From positions 1 through 52,977 of the forward strand of contig JBDRFD010000009.1 of assembly GCA_043819035.1 (NCBI GenBank): a DNA stretch of 52,977 bases, read 5' to 3'. The notes below the pieces were generated by a model. It made no database searches. It was not told where the DNA came from and saw only the letters and a program-made list of their open reading frames with translations. Made by a program: the position numbers and the translations under genes. Below, piece by piece: positions 19,457-28,088 of the stretch; positions within the stretch are counted from its first letter, which is position 1, and every line of letters begins with the position of its first letter. The DNA is from Patescibacteria group bacterium (lineage in GTDB: Bacteria; Patescibacteriota; Gracilibacteria; Peribacterales; Peribacteraceae).

Positions 19457-19654
19457 ACTAATAATTGGAAAGAAATAAGAACTCAAGCCCCCTTCACCAC
19501 AATCCTCAGCTTTTCGCTGAATGGTTTGACTTGTGAGAGCAGGAGTAGTGTAGCAAGCGTTTTTTGGTTTTCAAGGAAAAACTTACGCAGATTAGGTTCG
19601 GTACCTCAGCTGCCCCTTGCCGCGGTACCCGAACCGCGGCTGCGGGGATTTTTA

Positions 19655-21211
19655 CTACCCTAGCGGCTCAAACAATATCTCCGGCTCTCCAACCTTCTTC
19701 CAGCCTTTCTCACTCCCCCACTCCGTCTTGCCCTCAATTGTCTCAGGAACTTTGAGTCCAAGCTGTGTGAGTATCTTTTTTGACGTACCCGGAGTAAACG
19801 GCAAAAGCATCAGAGCAATGTGTCGTAACGCCTCCACAAGTTGCGTAAGAATATTCACCTTTTCCTTTCCCTCAAGCCCCCACGGCTTGCGGTCGTCTAT
19901 CAATTGATTGCACCGAACTACTACTTCCATCGCTCCCTGAAGCGCATTTTCCAGAGCAAACTCATTCATTTTTTCTTTGTACATCTCCCAAGTTTTAGAA
20001 ACTTCAAGAGGATCACTCCCGACATTTCCAAGGTCTCCACCTTCCTTCTGTAACAACACAAGAACTCTGTTTAATAGATTCCCCAAATCATTCCTAAGCT
20101 TGGAATCATACAATTTCTCAATCCGATCCCACGAGAAATCTCCATCACGACCGACCGGAACTTCATGACTCAAATAAAATCGAAGTGGATCTGGGTTATC
20201 GCCAAACTTTTTTAAAACTTCCTTAGGATCAACAACGTTTCCTGTGGTTTTACTCATCTTCTCACCCTCACTAGTCAGAAACCCATGGATCAAAAGCTTG
20301 TCTGGCGTGCGAACACCGGAATGTTTAAGCATTGCAGGCCAAATTAGCGCATGGAACCGTGCGATGTCCTTTCCAATCACATGTGTAACTTCTGCATCAT
20401 CCCACCATTCGACTCCCAGGCGGCTTGCGCCGCCTGCTCGCTCATGGCAGGCCACCTCGCTTATTCCACTCTTACCAAAATAATCGAGCCCAGAGATATA
20501 GTTCGTAAGCGCATCACACCAAACATACATCGTATGCTCACTGTCCCCAGGAACGGGAATGCCCCACGCAAGACTTGTTTTGGGGCGCGAGAAAGAAACA
20601 TCCTCCAACCCCTGATCGATCAAAGATAGTGTCTCATTTTCGCGAAATTGCGGAACAATGCGGTACTCCTCTCCATCCAAATCTTTGGTCAAAAGCTTCT
20701 TTAGGTTTTCTCCATCTTTACTGAGTGAAAAAAAATAGTTTTCCTCCGTGACCTCCTCCGGTTCTTTCTTATGATTGACACACTTCCCGTCTTCCAAATC
20801 TTTTTTGGTCATAAACCGCTCACATCCGGAACAATAGAGACCCGTGTAACTTTGTTTCTTAAGCTTCCCGGCTTTATCCAGCTTTTTCCAAAGCTCAATT
20901 ACCGTAGGCCAGTGATCCTTCTGATCGGACGTGCGGATGAATTTGTCATCAGAGATATTAAGACGCATATAAAGATCTTGATATAGCGGAACATTCCGAT
21001 CTACAAGTTGCTGAGGAGTGAGACCCTCTGCTTCCGCCGTCCGCTGCACCTTTACTCCATGTTCATCCGTTCCAATCTGGAATCGGACATCATCTCCTCG
21101 CAAGCGAAACCAGCGCGCTACTACATCTGCGAGCACTTTTTCCAATACATGCCCCATGTGCGGAGCGGCATTGGGGTAATCGATCGCTGTGGTTACGTAC
21201 TGGCGGGACAC
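19655..21211 (-). CDS. metG: methionine--tRNA ligase
   Basis: HIGH-type PNAAPHMGHV, a CSGC..(x)..C.NH zinc knuckle, and KMSKTTGNVV. 518 aa with no C-terminal dimerisation/tRNA-binding appendage. Confidence 0.9.
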   Translation of the reverse strand: MSRQYVTTAIDYPNAAPHMGHVLEKVLADVVARWFRLRGDDVRFQIGTDEHGVKVQRTAEAEGLTPQQLVDRNVPLYQDLYMRLNISDDKFIRTSDQKDHWPTVIELWKKLDKAGKLKKQSYTGLYCSGCERFMTKKDLEDGKCVNHKKEPEEVTEENYFFSLSKDGENLKKLLTKDLDGEEYRIVPQFRENETLSLIDQGLEDVSFSRPKTSLAWGIPVPGDSEHTMYVWCDALTNYISGLDYFGKSGISEVACHERAGGASRLGVEWWDDAEVTHVIGKDIARFHALIWPAMLKHSGVRTPDKLLIHGFLTSEGEKMSKTTGNVVDPKEVLKKFGDNPDPLRFYLSHEVPVGRDGDFSWDRIEKLYDSKLRNDLGNLLNRVLVLLQKEGGDLGNVGSDPLEVSKTWEMYKEKMNEFALENALQGAMEVVVRCNQLIDDRKPWGLEGKEKVNILTQLVEALRHIALMLLPFTPGTSKKILTQLGLKVPETIEGKTEWGSEKGWKKVGEPEILFEPLG

Positions 21212-21390
21212 TGTTTATAGAATACGTACAGATTAACCAAAAGTCACCTGATTAGAGCACGAAGCTTAAGATACCCCTTATGCCAAATTGCATAATGCAT
21301 GATATACTCCTTCACCAAAATAATTTCGATTTATGGAGATTCTATAGCTAAGCAAGCGTAATTCTGCACAGGATAAATAGGATTAAATCT

Positions 21391-21692
21391 GGATAAGGAG
21401 AAAATTTGGTGGAGAAATGTATAGTCCAGTTGGCTATTAACTGGGAATGGCAAACGCACCCGAACGAGGAGCCAAACTTTGGTACTTTAATTATGCGAGC
21501 AGATGGCGAGCGAGTCCTGAGTAAGCGAAGGACTCGACTCGTCTCTGCGAGCCAATCCAAGCAGCTTGTGTGGCGCGACGAGTGAGTTGCGTTTGCCTTG
21601 ATTTTTTTCTTTGTTTCTTTCTTTTTTTATCAAGAAAAAAAGAAAGAATAAGCAAGACTAAATGTTTTCTCCGGCAAATTTTCTCCTGATCC
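21391..21692. ncRNA. candidate structured RNA or MITE bounded by ~30-nt inverted repeats
   Basis: GGATAAGGAGAAAATTTGGTGGAGAAA (21391-) pairs with TTTCTCCGGCAAATTTTCTCCTGATCC (-21692). An inner helix pairs GGCAAACGCA (21449-21458) with TGCGTTTGCC (21588-21597), followed by a T-run. Internal hairpins carry GCGAAG-type loops. It sits in a 740-bp ORF-poor gap. Confidence 0.3.
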
Positions 21693-21952
21693 TTAAATCT
21701 TATATTTAAGTCAATCTTGTTAATTCGGGTTATGAATATTTATGGTAGTTTAGCTATATTGATCAAACAAAACTACTTCTAATGGCTACGGATTACAAGA
21801 TTGCATTATAAAGAACTAAAGAAGGTTTCGGAATTATTAACTAAAAGCAGTATACAAACTTATATCTGGCTCTGTCTTCGAATTATGCCAATGCAGTCCC
21901 GCTTGATTCGCCAAGCACACCATGACAATTTGGATTGTTTTTCAGGGCTTAC

Positions 21953-22297
21953 TTATCCGATACCACCCACAAATGCGCCAATAAACGTGATAATCGCTTC
22001 CGCAGCAATAGCCAGAACGAGCCCGACGAGTGCTGCAATAATGATCTTCTTGGCATCTTCTTTGCCCTGATCGTTCCCTCCGGATGCAATAAGTTTGATA
22101 GCTCCATAAACGATTGCAATCACCGCAGCTCCGGCTATCACAATGGCAAAGAAGTTTCCGATGCGGGCCGCAAGTACCACTGCAAAAGCGCTTCCCGCCG
22201 AACAGTCCGGATGAAGCTTTTCGCAATACACATCAAAAGCATTTGCATGCGCTTTTTCGATTATCAGGCCGACAAGAGCAGAGAAAGCAATCATCAT
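21953..22297 (-). CDS. VirB2/TrbC-like (T4SS pilin-like) small membrane protein
   Basis: Signal peptide (..EKAHA), a Cys pair, then two TM helices separated by a short charged loop (ASGGNDQGKEDAKK). There is a 4-nt overlap with the upstream gene. Confidence 0.5.
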   Translation of the reverse strand: MMIAFSALVGLIIEKAHANAFDVYCEKLHPDCSAGSAFAVVLAARIGNFFAIVIAGAAVIAIVYGAIKLIASGGNDQGKEDAKKIIIAALVGLVLAIAAEAIITFIGAFVGGIG

Positions 22298-22872
22298 AAA
22301 GGAAGATTCATAACAGAAACCACCAGCGCCTGAGCGACATTAACAACAATCGCGCCAATCACCGCCCAGATGATAATGCCACGGGCTTTGGTGAATTCGT
22401 CACTGCTGCCGCGGGCAAAAGCCATGCGAAAACCGGACGCAACCATCATAAGCGCAAAAACCGCGTTGAAGAGGACCACCATCGCATTCACTGCATATCC
22501 CATAAGGTGGAAGACGGGATCACTGCTTCCCATCAAACCACCGAATTGCGCACCAACAAAAGCCGCAATGCTTTGCGCGAGGAGTGTGATACCCAATCCC
22601 ACAAGCGCATAAACAATGGACATCTTCCCCTTTTGTATCTGGCCTTCTTCTCCCAGGCTCGTAAGCATTAGCGCACCGCCAACAACCACGAAAACAACAG
22701 ACAATCCTGCGGCAACGGAAACCAGTAAGTTCGCAACGGGGCCGACTGCGATTGCAAGAACATTAGCAGGTCCGCACCCGCCGACATACGCGCACGGATT
22801 AGCCATCGCAGAAGCGGAGAGAGGAAAAACACCAACCGTGAAACCGATCTGGAGCGGGATAAGTTTTTTCAT
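22294..22872 (-). CDS. tandemly duplicated VirB2/TrbC-like pilin-type membrane protein
   Basis: Signal peptide and a Cys pair (CAYVGGC). Two successive TM-loop-TM units (..SLGEEGQIQKGKM.. and ..ARGSSDEFTKARG..). ATGA overlaps at both ends. Confidence 0.5.
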   Translation of the reverse strand: MKKLIPLQIGFTVGVFPLSASAMANPCAYVGGCGPANVLAIAVGPVANLLVSVAAGLSVVFVVVGGALMLTSLGEEGQIQKGKMSIVYALVGLGITLLAQSIAAFVGAQFGGLMGSSDPVFHLMGYAVNAMVVLFNAVFALMMVASGFRMAFARGSSDEFTKARGIIIWAVIGAIVVNVAQALVVSVMNLPL

Positions 22873-23345
22873 ACAAAGAAACTTGCATTGAGGAAGTTAA
22901 GTATCACACCAACAAAAACCAGTGCAATCAGCCCGATAATCGCCCACTTGATGTGCTCGATCCATTTGCTTCGTCCGCTCTGGTCTCCTCCAAAAACAAT
23001 AATCATGCCGCCGCTCACCAGTACCCACAGCGTTACAAGACCTACTGCAACAAGAACAAGCCAATTCCACGCTCTTTGTACATATACTAAAAATGGCAAG
23101 ACGCCCCCTACAGCTACAGGAACATTGGCATCACCTGCAATCGGCTCGATGAGTGGAACAGCATTCTGTTTTTGTTCGACATGATGTCTATTAAAATATA
23201 TACATCCTTCAATTTCACATTGTTCTTTTGATACTCCTTCTGGACAAATTCCATCAGGATGAGCACAAGCAAAAGCCATTTCAGAACTTGTGAAGCTAAC
23301 GAGTATCCCCAGCAATACGCCGGTGATGATTAGACGCAAAGACAT
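22869..23345 (-). CDS. VirB2/TrbC-like pilin-type membrane protein with Cys-rich ectodomain
   Basis: ATG at 23345 (MSLRLIITGVLLGILV signal). Six-Cys segment CAHPDGICPEGVSKEQCEIEGC. The C-terminal TM-loop-TM reads VSGGMIIVFGGDQSGRSKWIEHIKWAIIGL. Confidence 0.5.
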   Translation of the reverse strand: MSLRLIITGVLLGILVSFTSSEMAFACAHPDGICPEGVSKEQCEIEGCIYFNRHHVEQKQNAVPLIEPIAGDANVPVAVGGVLPFLVYVQRAWNWLVLVAVGLVTLWVLVSGGMIIVFGGDQSGRSKWIEHIKWAIIGLIALVFVGVILNFLNASFFV

Positions 23346-23566
23346 CAAAGTATTATACCTTAAATTTGGCTTTATTTCGAGCTGAAAATGGGCATCTATA
23401 AGGCAAGAGAATGACAAAGAATCTTGCATCGAGGTTCAATTCTACGTAGCATTCTCGGGCTCCTTCACACACGGACAGCGCTTCCACCTTCGTCCCGTAT
23501 GCGCGGGACTACGGTTGACAGGTTCTCTGCGGGAGATGGATGCGATATACCGTTCATTTCAATCAT

Positions 23567-23643
23567 GCGGATGTAGCTCAGTTGGCTAGAGCGTCGCCTT
23601 GCCATGGCGAAGGTCGCGGGTTCGACCCCCGTCATCCGCTCCA
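23567..23643 (+). tRNA. tRNA-Gly (GCC), CCA encoded
   Basis: Cloverleaf traced by hand: acceptor GCGGATG/CATCCGC, anticodon arm TCGCC-TTGCCAT-GGCGA, T arm GCGGG-TTCGACC-CCCGT, discriminator U. Confidence 0.85.
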
Positions 23644-23735
23644 ACCTGCGCAGCAGGTTGCCGACCGAAGCTCGCCCGAAGGCGAGCGCAGGTTGGCTCT
23701 TCAACGAAGACCTGCTGCTACGGTTGTCAAGCCAT

Positions 23736-23809
23736 GCGGGATTAGTACAGTGGTAGTACGCGAGCTTCCCAAGCTTGTAACGCGGGTTCGATTCCCGTAT
23801 CCCGCTCCA
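23736..23809 (+). tRNA. tRNA-Gly (CCC), CCA encoded
   Basis: Acceptor GCGGGAT/ATCCCGC, anticodon arm CGAGC-TTCCCAA-GCTTG, T arm GCGGG-TTCGATT-CCCGT, discriminator U. Confidence 0.85.
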
Positions 23810-23936
23810 GCCTTCGCCCCTGGAGGGAGTGTTACAAGAAACAAGTTCGTAGAAGTTTTTGCATACACAGAGACGGGGCTACGGCTGGCGGGCCAACCAA
23901 TTTACTGTGATATTTACGAAGCGAAGGCTGTCCGCC
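23803..23936 (+). repeat. 133-134-bp direct repeat, copy 1 (begins in the tRNA-Gly(CCC) 3' end)
   Basis: Nearly identical to 24309-24441, with two mismatches seen. Contains GCTACGGCTGGCGGGCCAACC and GCGAAGG hairpin motifs. Confidence 0.85.
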
Positions 23937-24049
23937 GTAGCCCGATACTGTTCATGCTCAGCAATCGGGTAACTCAATTCGCCAATTGCTTATAAAAGGG
24001 CGCAGGCGGACTTAACAACCATCAACAAAACCATATACAATAACTTGCT

Positions 24050-24295
24050 ATGCCTCATTTTGTATATTTACTACGCAATCCACACGGCAGACAATACGTC
24101 GGCCAGACTACTGATCTAAATGGCAGATTGCGTGAACATAATGAAGGATCTGTAGTAGCCACTAAGGGAGGCAGGCCGTGGTCTATAGAATGGTTCTGTG
24201 GCTTTCGCATGAAGAAAACCGCTCTGCGCTTTGAAAAATATCTCAAATCAGGTTCGGGTCGCAGTTTTAGAGATAAGCATTTGCTTTCCGAATAA
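24050..24295 (+). CDS. small GIY-YIG nuclease-superfamily protein
   Basis: FVYLLRN..GRQYVGQTTDL..RL.EHN matches the GIY-(x10)-YVG core. 81 aa. Flanked by the 133-bp direct repeats. Confidence 0.7.
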   Translation: MPHFVYLLRNPHGRQYVGQTTDLNGRLREHNEGSVVATKGGRPWSIEWFCGFRMKKTALRFEKYLKSGSGRSFRDKHLLSE

Positions 24296-24308
24296 GCTCC
24301 ACTATCTC

Positions 24309-24441
24309 GCTCCAGCCTTCGCCCCTGGAGGGAGTGCTACAAGAAACAAGTTCGTAGAAGTTTTTGCATACACTGAGACGGGGCTACGGCTGGCGGGCCA
24401 ACCAATTTACTGTGATATTTACGAAGCGAAGGCTGTCCGCC
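24309..24441 (+). repeat. 133-bp direct repeat, copy 2
   Basis: See 23803-23936. It is preceded by TTCCGAATAAGCTCCACTATCTCGCTCCAGCC, which recurs at 24879-24910. Confidence 0.85.
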
Positions 24442-24522
24442 GAAGCCTTGGCGGAGGCGGACACTTCACTCTCATGAGGTCGCTTCGCTTCGGCAGGCCA
24501 TTCGGTCAAAGTTCATCCCATT

Positions 24523-24774
24523 TCAGACAGATATCTTCTCAAGTTTCTGTTGATGTTTCACTTGCATCGCAATTGTGGCTTCCAGATCTTCTTGTAATGC
24601 TTGCCTGTGTTGCCTTGCTTCTTCAAATCCATCTTCCGCCTGTTGCGAGAGTTGCTTCAAATTCACTTCCACTCTTTCCATTCGCATACCCAGACCGGTT
24701 ATTTGTTGCTGAAGCTCATGCTTCATGCCCTGCATGTGCTCCAAAAGGACTTTGTTGGTGATCTCATCTGCCAT
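24523..24774 (-). CDS. small coiled-coil protein (83 aa), unknown function
   Basis: Uninterrupted ORF with heptad-like Q/E/L-rich sequence. It lies between tRNA-end repeat copies. Confidence 0.4.
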   Translation of the reverse strand: MADEITNKVLLEHMQGMKHELQQQITGLGMRMERVEVNLKQLSQQAEDGFEEARQHRQALQEDLEATIAMQVKHQQKLEKISV

Positions 24775-25134
24775 AAGGGGGCGTCATGCTACATGACATT
24801 CGGATTATTTCAATGAGAAATTTGCTCATTTTCATTTACCCGATCTATCTATACACCTAACGAGAGTGTTCGAACCAGTTCCGAATAAGCTCCACTATCC
24901 CGCTCCAGCCTACGCGAAGCGTAGGCTGCCAACCGAAGCGCGAAGCGCGTAGGTTGGCTCAACTCAAACTAGCTCGCTTCGCTACGGCTGGCAGGCCAAC
25001 TTTAATCTACGCAGCAAATTTCCACCCGCAGGCGAGCGCAGGTTGGCCTTTCAACGATGAACAATGAACTTCTAACACTTAAATTAAAAGAGTAACCACT
25101 TCATTGCTTGATTTGTTAATTGTTAACTGTTACC

Positions 25135-25965
25135 ATGAAATGGGGATTGGTTCTCTCCGGCGGTTCCGCGCTTGGCATGGCGAATGCCGGGGTTCTTGAA
25201 CGACTGGAAGAAGAACATCTGAAACCGGATTACATTGCGGGCTCCAGTATGGGCGCAATTGTTGGAGCAATCTATGCGCTTGGCAATCCGCCTGCAGTCT
25301 TCCATGATCTACTTAAAGAGTTGAAGATTTCTAGGCTTGCTTCATTAAGTGAGAAACCACTTGAGCACGGACTTCATGGTGGAATACTTCGCCAAAACAT
25401 TAAAGAACATATGGAACCACTCATAGGAGACGCAAAGATATCTGACTGCAGTATCCCCTTCATTTGTATTGCATGCAGAGTCAAAGAGCCTATCCGCTGG
25501 GAACGCATTGTGCAGAAAGGATTTTCTGATCACGTTACATCGATTGTGGAGAAACATGTTTTTCCTCCAGAAACAAAGATCTTGGATGCCATCATGGCCT
25601 CAAGCTCTCTCCCTGTCATTTTCTCTCCCTATGAAATAAACGGCGATACATTCGTGGACCTGTGCAACTTCGGCGCCATACCCGCGCGCACGATGCACGA
25701 AATATTCCACCCGGACATCGTCATCGCAACAGACACCACACCCTCCTATCCCCTCCTCCGGAAGTACGGCCCTCCGGGTGTGCGCCGGTTCATTGAAGAG
25801 GCAGCCAATAGCAGGGATGAAAGCAGAGCTGCCTGCGACCTCATCATTGAACCGAAGTTCCCTAAAGGCGCACTGCGGTTTGATAAGGGGGAAGAATTTG
25901 TGGAAGCCGGGCGTGAGGCTGTGAAGGATAATTTGCCAGAATTAAGAAGGCTTCTTGCTGTATAA
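25135..25965 (+). CDS. patatin-like phospholipase
   Basis: GLVLSGGSALG (oxyanion Gly-rich motif), GSSMG (GxSxG nucleophile), and a downstream Asp-containing FVDLCNFGAIP. Confidence 0.75.
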   Translation: MKWGLVLSGGSALGMANAGVLERLEEEHLKPDYIAGSSMGAIVGAIYALGNPPAVFHDLLKELKISRLASLSEKPLEHGLHGGILRQNIKEHMEPLIGDAKISDCSIPFICIACRVKEPIRWERIVQKGFSDHVTSIVEKHVFPPETKILDAIMASSSLPVIFSPYEINGDTFVDLCNFGAIPARTMHEIFHPDIVIATDTTPSYPLLRKYGPPGVRRFIEEAANSRDESRAACDLIIEPKFPKGALRFDKGEEFVEAGREAVKDNLPELRRLLAV

Positions 25966-26044
25966 ACCCAATATCTGAATATGGCGTTTATCACTAAATT
26001 GAGGTATAATAATGGTGATATACACATTATTCCCATTTAATCTT

Positions 26045-27022
26045 ATGGATCACAATTTCTCAGAAAGAAGGCCTGTCTTCCGACGCATTGAGCATCCACG
26101 CGGAGTACCAAATCCGGATGAAGAGTTCGCTGCACCCGAAGTGCCCGACGCAGAAAGAAGACTCGAGAATCTCAGGGGGCAGATGCCCGATGTCGCACCG
26201 GAAGTACTTGAAATGAATACAGAAGAGAAGCAACGTCTTCTGGGTGCCCTTGTAGGTTTTACAGATGTCATACGATCAAAAGGCCTTGTAATTGATCCGG
26301 TAGATGAAGGTATCGAAGGAGATCCAAATCGGGCTCTCACACTCAAGATTGCACAAGCGACCGAAAAATTGATAGAAGGCCTTAAAAGCAAGAAAAACAA
26401 ATTGGGTCTCTATCTGGATGAAGGAAACCTGTTTGCAGAGTGCTACTGGAAGGACAAGTGGGAATCGCGGGCTGAGCATCCTCAAACACTCGTGTGTACC
26501 GACTTCGAAACAATGCTCAGAGAACATCCTTCTCAAATCAGTGCCATGAGTGGCCTGAGTGCAGTGGTTGAAAAAAACACCCACGATTGGCAACTAAGCA
26601 TGGGGATGGAGCCATCAAAGAAAGTATTCGATGCATTAGAGAGGGTTGATAAAGTGACTAGTATTCCTAGCACCGAGAAGCCACTTACGGAAAATGAAAA
26701 GAAGAACCTTGATGAAGGAGCAAGGAAAGCTGTCGAAAAGTATGGAAAGTATTTGCGCCTGGCAAAAGATGGATCGCTCTATGCCAACACAGTGGCGTTC
26801 TTCGGAGCTTCAGTTCCTTACGAATTGGTCTATGTGAATTTCGTTGAAGATTTTAAGAGCAAACCAAAAGTAGTTGCAAACAGCTTAAATCTCCATAGCC
26901 AGTCTCTTGAGTGGAGGGTGAACAATGTGTTTGCGCCAGGGGGCAAGAAGGAAGAGTCGTTCAAAGCACTTGCAAATCTTCAGGAGGATCTGAAAAAACT
27001 GGCACAAGAAGAAAAGGTTTAG
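26045..27022 (+). CDS. hypothetical protein (~325 aa)
   Basis: Long ORF (26012/26045-27022) with no recognisable motif. Acidic N-terminus and Lys-rich C-terminus. Confidence 0.5.
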   Translation: MDHNFSERRPVFRRIEHPRGVPNPDEEFAAPEVPDAERRLENLRGQMPDVAPEVLEMNTEEKQRLLGALVGFTDVIRSKGLVIDPVDEGIEGDPNRALTLKIAQATEKLIEGLKSKKNKLGLYLDEGNLFAECYWKDKWESRAEHPQTLVCTDFETMLREHPSQISAMSGLSAVVEKNTHDWQLSMGMEPSKKVFDALERVDKVTSIPSTEKPLTENEKKNLDEGARKAVEKYGKYLRLAKDGSLYANTVAFFGASVPYELVYVNFVEDFKSKPKVVANSLNLHSQSLEWRVNNVFAPGGKKEESFKALANLQEDLKKLAQEEKV

Positions 27023-27128
27023 AATTGGTACCCCCGACCCTCCTTCACCCAGCTGAAGCGGGACTACGGCAGGGCGGGCAGGAATCGAACCCTTCGACTC
27101 GCTCAGGGCAAGCCTGCTTTATTCAAAT

Positions 27129-27205
27129 TGGTACACCTGGAGGGACTCGAACCCACAACCTTCAGCTCCGGAAGCTGACGCTCTATCCAGTTGAGCTACA
27201 GGTGC
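27129..27205 (-). tRNA. tRNA-Arg (CCG), CCA encoded
   Basis: The reverse complement gives acceptor GCACCTG/CAGGTGT, anticodon arm TCAGC-TTCCGGA-GCTGA, T arm GTGGG-TTCGAGT-CCCTC, discriminator A. Confidence 0.85.
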
Positions 27206-27217
27206 ATATTCTTAATT

Positions 27218-28012
27218 CTAGGAAGGTAATCTGTAAAACGCCACCGTATTCTTAGTCGTCACCTCGCCCACTTCTTCAATAGGAACATTCTTGAATCTTG
27301 CAATGAGTTTCGCGACCTCGACAACAAACGCAGGTTCATTTCGTTTCCCACGATGAGGTTCAGGACTTAAATATGGAGCATCGGTCTCAATCATTATTTG
27401 CTCTAAAGGACAGTTCTCAATCACTTCTCGGATCTCTTTCGCTTTTGGATACGTTGCTATCCCGGTGAACCCAATCATGGCTCTCCTGTCCACCAACCAC
27501 TCAACGTCTTCCCATTTTTCTGTGCAACAGTGCAGTACAATTTTTTGATGATCCACCTCCTCGATAATACTTCTTAGATCACCAATCGCATTGCGACAGT
27601 GGATCACAACCGGAACATCCAATTCTTTTGCTAGCTGCAGTTGAACTTTGAATACATCCCGCTGAGCATCGCGCGGAGAGTTGCCCACCGGCCGTAGCTT
27701 CTGCGAAGGCTGGTCGTAGTAGTAGTCGAGCCCGATCTCTCCTATTGCTCTCACTTTTGGTGATAACTTCATCATCGACTTAAGCTTTTCTGAATCTAAT
27801 TCTTGCCAATTCTTCGCTGCATGTGGATGAACTCCGGCTGTCGCAAAAACATTTGGATATTTTTCAGCAATTTGTATGCACTGCCCACTCTCCTTGAGGG
27901 TATCTGCAATGGTCACTATCTTCTCGACTCCGGCTTCATGTGCTCGTTTAAGAACCTGATCTAGATCATGGGTGAATTTTCGGTCGGCTAAATGACAGTG
28001 GGAGTCGATCAT
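27218..28012 (-). CDS. tatD: TatD-family metal-dependent hydrolase/DNase
   Basis: N-terminal IDSHCHL, internal GEIGLDYYY, VVIHCR, and ETDAPYL. Confidence 0.85.
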   Translation of the reverse strand: MIDSHCHLADRKFTHDLDQVLKRAHEAGVEKIVTIADTLKESGQCIQIAEKYPNVFATAGVHPHAAKNWQELDSEKLKSMMKLSPKVRAIGEIGLDYYYDQPSQKLRPVGNSPRDAQRDVFKVQLQLAKELDVPVVIHCRNAIGDLRSIIEEVDHQKIVLHCCTEKWEDVEWLVDRRAMIGFTGIATYPKAKEIREVIENCPLEQIMIETDAPYLSPEPHRGKRNEPAFVVEVAKLIARFKNVPIEEVGEVTTKNTVAFYRLPS

Positions 28013-28017
28013 AGGAA

Positions 28018-28088
28018 AGTGAATAGTGAATAGTGAATAGTGAAAAATGCCCCTCTTATATTACACACTATTAACTTTTAACTATTCA
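28018..28088. repeat. heptamer-word hairpin (GTGAATA x3 ... CACTATT/AACTATTCAC)
   Basis: The left arm GTGAATAGTGAATAGTGAATAGTG is imperfectly complementary to CACTATTAACTTTTAACTATTCAC. It sits immediately upstream of the tatD start. Confidence 0.55.

Noticed and set aside
21391-21692. Identity as RNase P RNA, tmRNA or SRP RNA
   Set aside because: The P4-type GAGGAAAGUCC motif is absent. There is no tRNA-like acceptor/T-arm or tag reading frame, and no GGAA/AGCA SRP domain IV motif. It is kept only as an unclassified candidate.
23540-23995. 151-aa ORF on the + strand spanning both tRNA-Gly genes
   Set aside because: It reads straight through two well-formed tRNA cloverleaves and the 133-bp repeat. 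It is an artefact of GC-rich structured DNA.
24231-24761. 176-aa ORF overlapping the GIY-YIG gene end, repeat copy 2 and the antisense strand of the 83-aa gene
   Set aside because: Its N-terminal part duplicates the translation of the non-coding repeat seen in ORF 23540-23995. No motif was recognised, and it conflicts with better-supported features.
27024-27128. Second tRNA next to tRNA-Arg (TGGTACCCCCGACCC start, GGTTCGATTCC T-loop-like string on the minus strand)
   Set aside because: I could not build an acceptor stem, a T stem or an anticodon arm. It is most likely a degenerate tRNA-derived or repeat remnant.
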